A DNA stretch of 64,000 bases from Chthoniobacteraceae bacterium (GCA_031409655.1 JANNXQ010000127.1:32001-96000); one strand, 5' to 3'. Shown: positions 52,883-62,043, counted from the first letter of the stretch. A program made the numbers and translations. Notes: a model not told the origin generated them from the sequence alone.

Positions 52883-53830
52883 TCATCGCTGCGGGACGAC
52901 GAGGCGAGAGAGATCTTTCGCGCCTTTCAGAAAGCCCACGCTCTGCGCTTCGGCGACGAGGGCCTCGATCGGCGGGAGGGAGATTTCGCTGGTGAAAGTG
53001 AGCCGGGACCACGCGCGGTCAGCCAGCTCTGGCTTGAAGCTGGCCTTGGTGATTTCCTTGATCGAGGCGATGACGAGCGTCTTCGCGTCGTTGGGGTGCT
53101 GATTCACCCAGTCGGTGAGGGCAGTGTGCGCGGCGGCGAATTTTTTCACCAGCTCGGGGCGGGTCGCGAGCAGCTTCACGCTAGCGGCAAGCACCGTGGT
53201 GATGGCGTCCTTTTGCTCGAGGAAAATCTTCCCACCCGTCTCCATCTCGAGCCGCGAGACCCACGGCTCCACGGTCCACACGGCGTCGATCTGGCCGCGG
53301 GAGAAGAGGGAAAGTTGATCCGGATTTTGCGTCGGCAGGATGAAGACATCGCCGCCGAGTTGCGTGACGCGGAAGCCCTGGCGCTTCAGCCACGCGCGAG
53401 CGGCGACGTCCTGGGTATTGCCGAGCTGCGGAGTGCCGAGTTTTTTGCCCCAGAAATCCTGCGGCTTGCCGATGCGCCCGTCGCCCTGCACCACGAGGGC
53501 GGCGCCACCCGTTGCCGAGCCAGCGATGAGGCGGATCTCTTCGCCGCTGGATTTCACGTAGGCGTTGAGCGCGGGATTGGGGCCGACGTAGGTGAGGTCG
53601 AGCGCGCCAGTGAAGATGGCCTCCATGGTCGAGGGCCCGGCATTGTAGTGGAACCACTGGATCTTCACGTCCGGCCCGAGCCAGGGTTCAAACCACCCGC
53701 GGCCCATGCGGGAAAGCTGGCTGGCCACGAGCGCCTGCGCGTGGGTGATATTGGGAAAATAGCCGACGCGGAGGATGGTTTCCGCGTGCGCAGAGAGGGC
53801 GAGGGCAAGCAGGGCGGCGAGGCATTTCAT
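52883..53830 (-). CDS. SsuA-like sulfonate/anion ABC substrate-binding protein
   Basis: Signal peptide; GYFPNITHA, YVGPNPA, PQLGNTQD, VEPW. Confidence 0.88.
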   Translation of the reverse strand: MKCLAALLALALSAHAETILRVGYFPNITHAQALVASQLSRMGRGWFEPWLGPDVKIQWFHYNAGPSTMEAIFTGALDLTYVGPNPALNAYVKSSGEEIRLIAGSATGGAALVVQGDGRIGKPQDFWGKKLGTPQLGNTQDVAARAWLKRQGFRVTQLGGDVFILPTQNPDQLSLFSRGQIDAVWTVEPWVSRLEMETGGKIFLEQKDAITTVLAASVKLLATRPELVKKFAAAHTALTDWVNQHPNDAKTLVIASIKEITKASFKPELADRAWSRLTFTSEISLPPIEALVAEAQSVGFLKGAKDLSRLVVPQR

Positions 53831-53856
53831 GGGCATGGAGCAGGGGACCGCTGCGG

Positions 53857-54018
53857 TCAGAATCGCACGGTCGTCAGCACGGAGGCAAAGTCGGCGTCAT
53901 CGTGCGGGCCGGTTTCGCGCAGGTCGCTACCGGGAAAATGCAGGGGGTTTGTTTCGCCCCGCGCGATTCCCCCGACGAAGCCGGCCGCCGCGAGGGTGAG
54001 GAGTGGATGGATGCGCAT
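53857..54018 (-). pseudogene. 53-aa internally deleted remnant of an AlgE-family porin
   Basis: Signal-like MRIHPLLTLAAAGFVGGIARG-ETNPL joined to HFPGSDLRETGPHDDADFASVLTTVRF, which matches the C-terminus of 1624..3129 at 12/27 positions without gaps. Confidence 0.6.
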
Positions 54019-54150
54019 GGGCAATGGAAGCTCCTGCGTCAGGAGCGGGGCGAAGGGAGTAAAGGGCACCGGCAGTCTGCTCAAGTCGTGAATCTGTCCG
54101 ACCCATTCGCGCTCGCACTCGCCGGCGCGCTTCGGCAGCATCCGCGAACC

Positions 54151-55044
54151 ATGAATCCCCAGACCCGTCGCACCTTCCTGCAAACCCTCGGCGCCGCGGC
54201 CCTCACCGCGCCGCTCGCCGCCCGCGCCGCTGAGCCCAAGCGCTTCCCGATCATCGGCTTTACCAAGCCTTTCCAAAAACTCAGCTACGACGAAACCGCG
54301 GACGTGGTCGCGCAGATCGGCTGGGAAGGCATCGAACTGCCGCTCCGGGCCAAGGGCCAGATCGAGCCCGAGCGCGTCGAGGAAGAGCTGCCGAAGCTCC
54401 ACGAGGCGCTGAAAAAACGCGGCCTGCACATCGGCATCATCACCACGGACATCGTGAATCCGGCCACGCCACACGCCGAGAAAGTCCTCCGCACCGCCCG
54501 GGCGCTCGGCATCAATCGCTACCGGCTTGGCTTCAACCGCTACAGCGGAGACGCCTCGCCGATCGACCAGCTCAAAGTCCTCAAGCCCGGCCTCCGCGAT
54601 CTTGCCGCGCTGAACAAGGCGATCGGCATCCAGGGCGGCATCCAGAATCACAGCGGCGCCAATTTCGTCGGCTGCGCGGTCTGGGACATCTACGAACTCG
54701 TCCGCGACCTTGACCCCAAGGCCCTCGGCGTCTGCTTCGATATCGGTCACGCGACGCTCGAGGGCGGCCTCTCGTGGCCCACGGACGCCCGCCTGATGGA
54801 GCCATTTTTCACCTGCGCCTACGTGAAGGACTTTGCCTGGGTGAGGGACGAAAAGAAGGGCTTTATCCCAAAGTGGGGGCCGCTCGGGGAGGGCACCGTG
54901 AAGCGCGAGTTCTTCGCGTGGCTCAAGAAGTCGAGCTACACCGGCCCGATCTCCTCGCATGTCGAGTATCTCGAAGGCGCCGGCCCCGAGCAGATCGCCC
55001 AGATCAAGAAGGACTGCGAGACTCTGAAAAGCTGGCTCGCGTGA
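54151..55044 (+). CDS. Tat-exported sugar phosphate isomerase/epimerase-family TIM barrel
   Basis: TRRTFL; GWEGIELPLR, QNHSG, FDIGH, VKDF, HVEY. Confidence 0.85.
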   Translation: MNPQTRRTFLQTLGAAALTAPLAARAAEPKRFPIIGFTKPFQKLSYDETADVVAQIGWEGIELPLRAKGQIEPERVEEELPKLHEALKKRGLHIGIITTDIVNPATPHAEKVLRTARALGINRYRLGFNRYSGDASPIDQLKVLKPGLRDLAALNKAIGIQGGIQNHSGANFVGCAVWDIYELVRDLDPKALGVCFDIGHATLEGGLSWPTDARLMEPFFTCAYVKDFAWVRDEKKGFIPKWGPLGEGTVKREFFAWLKKSSYTGPISSHVEYLEGAGPEQIAQIKKDCETLKSWLA

Positions 55045-55213
55045 CCCGCCTCGCCTTCCTCACTTTCCCGGAAAAATAACACGGCTCGCCAAACCGAAAT
55101 CTGGCGAGCCGGGTCCGAGGAGGAAAGTGAACGGGCACGAAAGAAATGCTCTAAGAGGGAGTTTTGCGCAAGCGATATTGTGCGCAAAGTTGCTTCGGGA
55201 TGACTGGTGATAG

Positions 55214-55439
55214 ACCGCTGCGCATCGGGTTTTGTGAAATGGGGCAGGGTCCTTTGGCGTTTGGCGTTTGGCGTTTGGCGTTTGGCGTTTGGCGTTTAGC
55301 CCCGGGCAGCGGCCTCGGAATTTTTCACCCGTTATCCTAAGCGACGGCGCCTGCGGCGGGCCAAACTTCAAACTTCAAACGCCAAACGCCAAACGCCGAG
55401 GCAAACGGCCCCATTTCACAAAACTCGATGCGCAGCGGT
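55214..55439. mobile_element. Heptamer-armed MITE-like element, family A (best-preserved copy)
   Basis: 31-bp terminal inverted repeat with one mismatch (ACCGCTGCGCATCGRGTTTTGTGAAATGGGG); inner (TTTGGCG)6 opposed by (AAACTTC/AAACGCC)5. Confidence 0.75.
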
Positions 55440-55537
55440 ATCCCAGCTTTGGAATCTGCGAATCCGGGCGGAGAGGAACTCCGGAAAATTGCCCCGCGGA
55501 ATTCTCTCCGCGTCGCGCCGCTGCCTGGCCGCGGGCT

Positions 55538-56164
55538 TTACTCCTGATCCCGTCCGAAGCTGGCGTTGGTCATTTTCCAGCAGCGCACCAAGGCTTTTCC
55601 GGCATTGCCCAGGATCAAGGCCACGACCGCGAGGCCAAATGCGATCGTTCCTGGCTCTGGAATGCTGTCCTTGGGGTTAGTGGCCGCTGGCAGCGCTCCA
55701 GGGGTGGGGACGTTGAGGACGTTTGATCGAGTGTTGCTCCCGAAAGTGGCGAGTTCCGCGATGTTCGCCGCCGTGGGTTCGTAAGGACCGGCTGCGATGC
55801 TGGCCAGACTACGCCCGCTGCGCTCCTGCCCACCGGTGCCGAGCAGCATGCTCGCGCGTTTGAAAATCGTTCCTTCTTCCGCCAGCACGTTTCCGGCGAG
55901 CCCCATGCCGAAGACCACGGAGACCCCCGCCAGCCGCAAGGGCCCTGCCTGGTCATCGGCTTTTTCCCTGGTGAAATCTACCGAACGGCCCAGGGCCGTC
56001 GGCCGCTCCAGCGTGACCGGAGCCGATTTACTCGCCCCCGGCTCGACCACCACCACGGCCGCTGCGGGCCCGCTGAGGACCAGCGAAAAGAGCGCGCCTG
56101 CGACGGCACCAGCCCACGAGGTTGGGCTTTGAGAAGAGATCGGCTTGGAGTTCAGGTCAGACAT
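55538..56164 (-). CDS. PEP-CTERM-type surface protein
   Basis: N-terminal hydrophobic signal; C-terminal IPEPGT followed by a TM helix and basic residues. Confidence 0.6.
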   Translation of the reverse strand: MSDLNSKPISSQSPTSWAGAVAGALFSLVLSGPAAAVVVVEPGASKSAPVTLERPTALGRSVDFTREKADDQAGPLRLAGVSVVFGMGLAGNVLAEEGTIFKRASMLLGTGGQERSGRSLASIAAGPYEPTAANIAELATFGSNTRSNVLNVPTPGALPAATNPKDSIPEPGTIAFGLAVVALILGNAGKALVRCWKMTNASFGRDQE

Positions 56165-56401
56165 ACGTGCTTTGCCGCCGCCTCCTCTTGACTCTGGCCG
56201 CCGGGGGAAACGGGACAGGCCAGAAACAAGAAGAAACCGAGCGATCCGGTTGTATCGCACGCCCTGCGCCGCGCCTAGCTGGAAGGTTCTTAAATTCGCA
56301 TCGGCGTTCATCCTACACCCGCAGGAGAAGCGGACCCTCGAGCGCGCCATCCCTCCTCGGCGACCCGCAGCCGCCCGCTTTTCCGAAAATCCGGCACCGG
56401 G

Positions 56402-56418
56402 CTGGAACGCTTCATGCA
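56402..56418 (+). promoter_or_regulatory. Candidate sigma-54 promoter
   Basis: CTGGAACGCTTCATGCA (GG-N10-GC), 33 nt before ATG 56452. Confidence 0.55.
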
Positions 56419-56451
56419 ACACGCCGATCCACCTTTAAAACCATAACAACA

Positions 56452-57579
56452 ATGACCACCATACTTAAGAAAAGCATTCTCACCACCGCCTTCGCGGCCT
56501 TCGTTTCGATCGTTCCCGTTTCCGGAATTGAAGTCGGGATCGAAGATTCCAACATCCTCGCAAACAACGGCAGCTTCTCTCCCACCATCCGCTTCAGCGA
56601 TAGCTATTCGGAGAAGGTGGTCACCCTCCGGGGCTTTGATGGTTCCCCGGCCACGCACGACGTCGAAGCTCAGCCCCAGAAGATCTCCGCGAAGGTCGTC
56701 GCCAATCTCGCCGACTTCGATTTCTCGCAAATCTCCGAGACCATGCCGGTCGAGTTTAACATCGGCGAATTCTCCTTCAGCGCGCTCCTCGGGGAAGAGG
56801 AAGGCCGCGGCGTCGATCGCCAGGGCAATGCCAGGCCCTTCGATCCCGCGAAGACCAGCGCCACCTTCCACTACTCCATCGAAGTCGATCGCCCGAATGG
56901 CGACACCGTCCTGAAAAAGGCCGGCTCCATCGTCTTCGCCTGGTCGGTGAAAGCGAAGACTCTCACCGTCACCCTGACCCTCGCGAATGCGATTGAAAGC
57001 GGTGCCGGAGACATTTCGGCAAGCGAATTCATCGGCCTCGCGGATGACGGCGAAAAAGGCGGGAGCATTCCTTTTGTCTCCGAAGAGGTCCAGGTCGATG
57101 TGACCTTCGGCACCGCGCAGGGTTCGCGCGCGGCCTATGGCAAAGGCGTGACAAAGACCTCTTACCGGAAGTTTGGCTCCGAGGCCGCCGGCACGCTCGA
57201 GGAACTGACCGTGAACACGGTGACCGTCCAGGGCACCGCCGATGTCGCGGAGCCGGTGGTCGCCACGGTCGTCCCGGCGACGGATGAAGACGCCGATGGC
57301 CTCGTGAGCTTCTCGGGCACCGTTGCCGACCTCGCTCCTGCCACCTTCAGCGGGGACATCCATTCGCTCGATATCTTCGTCTTTGTGAATGACGAAACCG
57401 AGCCCTTCACCGCCGAACTCGAGGAGCCGGACGCGAAGGGCAAAGCCAGCTTCTCCGTCACCGACGTGCAACTTTCGACGCCGATCAACACCCTGCGGAT
57501 CGTCGCCATCGACGGGAGCGGCAATCAAACCGTGATCATCAAGCGCGTCACGACGACCTTCGACGACAACGCAAGCTAA
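56452..57579 (+). CDS. Secreted acidic beta-rich protein with a C-terminal Ig-like domain
   Basis: Signal peptide MTTILKKSILTTAFAAF; C-terminal NTLRIVAIDGSGNQT. Confidence 0.78.
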   Translation: MTTILKKSILTTAFAAFVSIVPVSGIEVGIEDSNILANNGSFSPTIRFSDSYSEKVVTLRGFDGSPATHDVEAQPQKISAKVVANLADFDFSQISETMPVEFNIGEFSFSALLGEEEGRGVDRQGNARPFDPAKTSATFHYSIEVDRPNGDTVLKKAGSIVFAWSVKAKTLTVTLTLANAIESGAGDISASEFIGLADDGEKGGSIPFVSEEVQVDVTFGTAQGSRAAYGKGVTKTSYRKFGSEAAGTLEELTVNTVTVQGTADVAEPVVATVVPATDEDADGLVSFSGTVADLAPATFSGDIHSLDIFVFVNDETEPFTAELEEPDAKGKASFSVTDVQLSTPINTLRIVAIDGSGNQTVIIKRVTTTFDDNAS

Positions 57580-57611
57580 CCCGCGGGAATCCAGCGGAGG
57601 TCAGACTTCCG

Positions 57612-57642
57612 AGGCCGGCGGCGAATCCTTCGCCGCCGGCCT
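57612..57642 (+). terminator. Hairpin, probable terminator
   Basis: 14-bp stem AGGCCGGCGGCGAA-TCC-TTCGCCGCCGGCCT; weak U tail. Confidence 0.55.
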
Positions 57643-57705
57643 TCTGGCGTTCGGGAGGCGAGGGGACTCCGGCGAGGGTGATCAAAATGCCTGCAAACGC
57701 GACGC

Positions 57706-57771
57706 CTCGTGCTCGTGCTCGTCCTCGTCCTCGAAATTCACAGTTCTTCGAGGACGATGACGAGCACGAGC
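57706..57771. repeat. Hexamer palindrome (CTCGTG/CTCGTC)n ... (GACGAG/CACGAG)n
   Basis: Opposed hexamer tracts upstream of nadD. Confidence 0.65.
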
Positions 57772-57888
57772 CACCCCGGCGAGCCTTGTCCCACACTTTC
57801 GCAGGCCCGACTCCGCGAAGTCCCGCTTTGCAAGAGCGCCGCGGCCCGCTACGAGATGCCCACCCGGCGCCGGTGCGCTGGCTGCACT

Positions 57889-58458
57889 TTGCTGAAAATC
57901 GCCCTCTACGGCGGGACCTTCGATCCCATCCATCACGGCCACTTGATCCTCGCCCGCGAGGCCCTCGAGCGGCTGGCGCTCGATCGCGTCATTTTCATCC
58001 CGGCCGCGCAATCCCCGCACAAGCTCCACACCCCGCCCGCGCCGCCGCGCGTGCGCCTGGAGATGGTCCGCGCCGCCCTGGCCGGCGAGCCGCGCTTTGC
58101 CTGCGACGATGCCGAGGTCGAGCGTCCCGGCCCCAGCTTTACCATCGAGACCGTGGAGCGCTACACCGCGCGCTTTCCGGACGCCGAGATCTACTACTTC
58201 ATCGGCCACGATAACGTGCGCGAACTCCCCACCTGGCGGCGCATTCAGGAACTCCGCCAGCTCGTGCGCTTCGTCGTCTTCGAGCGGGACGGCTGCGATC
58301 TCACCCACGAATTTGCCCACATCACCCGCCAGATCGACATCTCGGCCACCGAACTGCGCACGCGGGTTGCGTCCGGCGCGTCCATCCGCTATCTCGTCCC
58401 CGAAACCGTTCGGGTCATCATCGACCGGGAAAAACTCTACCAAGGAACCGCCCCCTGA
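57889..58458 (+). CDS. nadD: Nicotinate-nucleotide adenylyltransferase
   Basis: LYGGTFDPIHHGH, SPHK, SFTIET, IGHD, ISATELR; probable TTG start. Confidence 0.95.
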   Translation: MLKIALYGGTFDPIHHGHLILAREALERLALDRVIFIPAAQSPHKLHTPPAPPRVRLEMVRAALAGEPRFACDDAEVERPGPSFTIETVERYTARFPDAEIYYFIGHDNVRELPTWRRIQELRQLVRFVVFERDGCDLTHEFAHITRQIDISATELRTRVASGASIRYLVPETVRVIIDREKLYQGTAP

Positions 58459-58808
58459 ATTCTGAAACCCTCGTCCGGCTCTGCGCCGGCATCCTCGACG
58501 ACAAAAAAGCCGTCCGCATCGTCGCGCTCGATCTCCGCACCCTCTCCTCCTTCACGGATTTCTTTGTCATCGCCACGGGCACCTCGGAGCCGCACCTGAA
58601 GGCCCTTGCCGGCGAGCTGCAGAGCCGCTTGAAAGCGGAGCACGATGTCGAGGCTCTGGCCGTGGACGGCTTCCCCACCAGCCAGTGGCTCGTCGCCGAT
58701 TTCAGCGACGTCGTCGTGCATCTTTTCAGCGAGGATAAACGCACCCTCTACGGCCTCGAAGACCTCTGGAGCGACGCCCCGCGCCTCGCCCTCCCCGCCG
58801 CGTCCTAG
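58455..58808 (+). CDS. rsfS: Ribosome silencing factor (Iojap/RsfS)
   Basis: Missing from the ORF track. Translates as DDKKA..IVALDL..SSFTDFFVIATGTS..W.VADFSDVVVHLF...R..Y.LEDLW; follows nadD as is common; CTG start overlaps the nadD TGA. Confidence 0.92.
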   Translation: MNSETLVRLCAGILDDKKAVRIVALDLRTLSSFTDFFVIATGTSEPHLKALAGELQSRLKAEHDVEALAVDGFPTSQWLVADFSDVVVHLFSEDKRTLYGLEDLWSDAPRLALPAAS

Positions 58809-58879
58809 CCCGCGCGCCCGGCGCGATCACGAGTATAGCGGCCCACCTAGGCCGACGCCTTCTCGAAACCGAACGGGGA

Positions 58880-59106
58880 AGAGCTCCGGGGAGCATACGC
58901 GTCCCGCGTGTGGGGCGCGGCGTCCCGCCGCGACGAACTTCCCGCCCCCGATCGATCCCGCGAAACCTCCCCATCGGAAACAAACCTGGCCCGTGTCCCC
59001 GGTGCAGAGCTCTCGCCATAAATTTCTGCACCGCAGAGCTTGGAAGACCGCAGAGAAAACTCTGGCAAAATCGCGCCTCTGCGTTCTTCCGATCTCTGCG
59101 GTGCAG
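58880..59106. repeat. Stacked REP-like palindromes
   Basis: GGAGCATACGCGTCCCGCGTG...CGCGGCGTCCCGCCGCG hairpins, and CTGCACCGCAGAG ... CTCTGCGGTGCAG (about 59026-59106). Confidence 0.55.
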
Positions 59107-59110
59107 CTTA

Positions 59111-59298
59111 TACCGCCGCGCATCATGATTCGGGAAAATGAGGCCGTGACTTTTGGCGTTTGAAGTTTGGCGTTTGAAGTTTGGCGTTTCAGAGGAGCCA
59201 ACTCTGAACGCGAACGCCGCTGCGCGGGGCTCAACGCCAAACGCCAAACGCCAAACGATGACCCCGCCCGCTTGTCACAAGACGTGATGCGGTGCAGC
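59111..59298. repeat. Heptamer-armed element, family A (reverse orientation, diverged)
   Basis: TACCGCCGCGCATC end, TTTGGCG/TTTGAAG arm, GCCGCTGCGCGGGGCT core, AAACGCC arm. Confidence 0.7.
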
Positions 59299-59318
59299 TC
59301 AATAATCCAGCCTCCGCC

Positions 59319-60575
59319 CTACAGAATCACCGGCCGCCGCGGCTTCCCCGCGGAATCCGGCGTCACCGCGCGGAAAAGCACCATCACCAGCACCGCGCCC
59401 AGCACCGGCACCAGCGGCAGCCAGATCAGCCAGCGATTGAACACCGCCATCGCCACCAGCACAAACACCGTCAGCACCAGCAGCCCCGCGCCCAGCGCCT
59501 GCAGCCGCGTCCAGCGCGGCACCCGGAAGGCCAGCAGCGCCACCAGCAGCAGCACCGGCGCCGCCACCCAGACCGGCGCCCGCCGGATGAAAGTCTGATT
59601 CTGGATCGTCGCGATCGCCGCCGCAAAAAGCTCCCCCGGCGAACCCTTGCGCAGCGCCGCCAGCGGCAGCGTCCGCGCATTCCTCTCCGTCCGCGCCAGC
59701 AGCACCACCCCGCCGGCCACCTGGCTCACCGGCACCGTCGTCGGCCGACCCGCCTCCGTCTGCTCTGCCGCCAGCAGCAGATCATCAAAACCAAACGCCA
59801 CCCGCGGCGTCCCAAAGTCCACCCGCATCCGGCCCGCCTCGTCGATCGGCACCCGCAGCTTCTCCCCCAGCGCCACCTCCGAGCCCAGCGTCACCACGAT
59901 CTCATCCGGCGTCAGCTTCGCCCAGAGCATCACCGCCTGGAGCACAAAGGACGGGATCACCTGCCCCCGATAGCGGAGCACCAGCGGCACCGAATTGTAG
60001 CGCCGCCGATCACTCGGCAGATTCACAAAACCCACCGTGGACGACAGCCGATACTGCTCCGGCGGCTGCTGCTCCACGGCCGTATATTCCGGCACCTCCC
60101 GCAGATCCCCGCGCACATTTTTTAAAAGCGGCACCTCCTGCAGCGGCGGGATCACCTGCGGATCTTCGGGAAAACCCAGATGCGCGCCGAGCAGCACCTT
60201 CGGCGTGCGCAGGATCGCATCGCGCAGGATCTTCTCATACTGCGGCAGCTTCGCCTGCTGGTCCGCTGGCAGCACCAGCCGCTCCCAGTCCAGCACTTCA
60301 TCGATCGCCACCACCTCCGGCTTCAGCGGCAGCGCCGCCTGGAAAAAGAGCGAGAAATCCAGCGGCGTCCACGGCCACGCATGATCCGCCAGACTCTTGT
60401 CATCGATCTCCACCAGCGTCACCGGAGCCGAGGCCGCCTTGTGATGACTGTGACGCGCCAGAAAATCCGCAAAATCATTGTCCCACGAAGCCAGCGGTTC
60501 ACGCTGCGCCTCCCAAAACAGCGCGAGGCCGGTGAGGAGCGTCAGGAGGAGCAATTGAGCGCCCGTGCGAAACAT
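59319..60575 (-). CDS. Stand-alone CHASE2-domain membrane protein
   Basis: N-terminal TM, VTLVEIDDKSL, WPW, GFVNL, SPGELFAAAI, three C-terminal TM helices, no output domain. Confidence 0.78.
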   Translation of the reverse strand: MFRTGAQLLLLTLLTGLALFWEAQREPLASWDNDFADFLARHSHHKAASAPVTLVEIDDKSLADHAWPWTPLDFSLFFQAALPLKPEVVAIDEVLDWERLVLPADQQAKLPQYEKILRDAILRTPKVLLGAHLGFPEDPQVIPPLQEVPLLKNVRGDLREVPEYTAVEQQPPEQYRLSSTVGFVNLPSDRRRYNSVPLVLRYRGQVIPSFVLQAVMLWAKLTPDEIVVTLGSEVALGEKLRVPIDEAGRMRVDFGTPRVAFGFDDLLLAAEQTEAGRPTTVPVSQVAGGVVLLARTERNARTLPLAALRKGSPGELFAAAIATIQNQTFIRRAPVWVAAPVLLLVALLAFRVPRWTRLQALGAGLLVLTVFVLVAMAVFNRWLIWLPLVPVLGAVLVMVLFRAVTPDSAGKPRRPVIL

Positions 60576-60682
60576 GTGGCGGGCAGATAGAGGAAAACCC
60601 CGGACGACACCAAACAAAAAAGCCGGTCTGCCTGGAAGAATCCCCGAGCGCTTCCATCTCTGGCGCGCCGAGAAGTTTGGAG

Positions 60683-60842
60683 CATGCCTATCCGCTTTGT
60701 CCCCAAGCTTCCCGAACTGGAGACAGGATTCACAGGATTCAGAGGATTCCAGGATTTCGCCAGCGGGAATCCCGTGAATCCTGCCAATCTTGATAATTCT
60801 GTCCAACTCCCCCGCCACTTCGCCACGAACCGGATAGGCATG
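60683..60842. mobile_element. 160-bp MITE-like element, family B, copy 1
   Basis: CATGCCTATCCG ... CGGATAGGCATG ends; inner 9-mer ACAGGATTC/GAATCCTG repeats. Confidence 0.8.
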
Positions 60843-60894
60843 GTTTGGAGTTTGGCGTTTGGCGCGCCGTCCGTCTCAGGATCTTCCTCTCCCC

Positions 60895-61332
60895 TTACGG
60901 CTTCTTCTCCGCCTTGGGCTCGGCCTTCAATTCCTTGTCACTCTTGTCATCCTTCTTCCCCCCATCCGCACCTTTCGCGTCGGTCTTGGCATTCACCGTC
61001 ACCTTGTAGCCCTCGATGATTAGCTTCGCGTCTTTATCCCCGCCGCGCGCCAGGAGGTCCACTTCCGTCATCAGTTCCGTGAACTGCTTCTGCGTCTCCT
61101 CGGATTGCTCCACCAGCGGCTTGCGCTCTTCGATCGCCTTCGTGAGCTTGTCGCGGCTTTCCTTGAGCTTCGAGATTTGCTGATCCGCGTTATTGTTCTG
61201 CCATTTCATCGCCTTCATCCCTTGTCCCGCCCCTTTGATCTGGCTGAAAAAGAAGATGCCCAGCGCCAGCGCAATCAATGCTGCCGGCAGGTAGAGGTTC
61301 ACGAGCGGGTTGGAGTTTTCTTCGGGGTCCAT
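60895..61332 (-). CDS. Hypothetical single-TM coiled-coil protein
   Basis: TM helix then heptad-rich helix; Lys/Asp-rich tail. Confidence 0.75.
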   Translation of the reverse strand: MDPEENSNPLVNLYLPAALIALALGIFFFSQIKGAGQGMKAMKWQNNNADQQISKLKESRDKLTKAIEERKPLVEQSEETQKQFTELMTEVDLLARGGDKDAKLIIEGYKVTVNAKTDAKGADGGKKDDKSDKELKAEPKAEKKP

Positions 61333-61445
61333 GGTCGGAGAGTTTTTCGGGGTTGAGCGGGGTGGGTTTAGCGGGGTAAAGCGGGCTGCGCGGTCCTGCG
61401 ATCCACCAGTCACAGATCACCATTCACGCGCGGGAGCGGGAGGCC

Positions 61446-61850
61446 CTACGGATTTCCCGCGGCGGCTGGCTGCCCGGCTTGTTTCGCCCGCATTTCGTCG
61501 ATTTGCTTCACTTGTTCATCGGTCGGGATAAATGCCTCCAGACGTTGCTGGAGCAGCAACTTCTTAAATTTGTCGTTCTTGTTCTTCATCGCCAGGTAGC
61601 CCATGTCCCGCAGGATCGGCGGCCCCAGCTTCTGCGCCACCGTTGCACCCGTCTCGATCGTTTGCGATTGCCGATTAAACTCCTCGTTCTGCAACGCCAG
61701 CGCCTGGGTGACTTCCTGAATCTCCGTCTGTTTCATGAGCAGTTCCGTCTGCAGCGCATTGTTGCCGATCGCCGAGCGGAAGCTGATGAAACTCAGGATC
61801 ACACAGAGGAGAGCGAGCACGCTGGCGGCGAAAAAGGAGACAGTTTTCAT
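61446..61850 (-). CDS. Hypothetical single-TM coiled-coil protein
   Basis: TM helix then Gln/Glu-rich coiled coil. Confidence 0.75.
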   Translation of the reverse strand: MKTVSFFAASVLALLCVILSFISFRSAIGNNALQTELLMKQTEIQEVTQALALQNEEFNRQSQTIETGATVAQKLGPPILRDMGYLAMKNKNDKFKKLLLQQRLEAFIPTDEQVKQIDEMRAKQAGQPAAAGNP

Positions 61851-62043
61851 GGGCGGGCGCGCTTTCTTCATTAAATGGTCCGCCGAGTCCAGAAAATTTT
61901 CCCTGAAAAAGCCCTCCGCCCCGCCCGCCTCCTCCCTCGCCCCCAACCTCGGTCGCGGAAATCCCCCCAAGAGCGCCGCCATTCCCGTGCCGCCCTCGAT
62001 GTTCGATGTTCGGCGTTTGGCGTTTGGAGTTTGAAGTTTCGAG

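Noticed and set aside
54019..54960. Full 367-aa ORF 53857..54960
   Set aside because: Mostly antisense to the TIM-barrel gene; only the last 53 codons have independent support
55163..55188. TTTGCGCA-N10-TGCGCAAA palindrome as a regulator site
   Set aside because: Lies between convergent gene ends with no gene start to control
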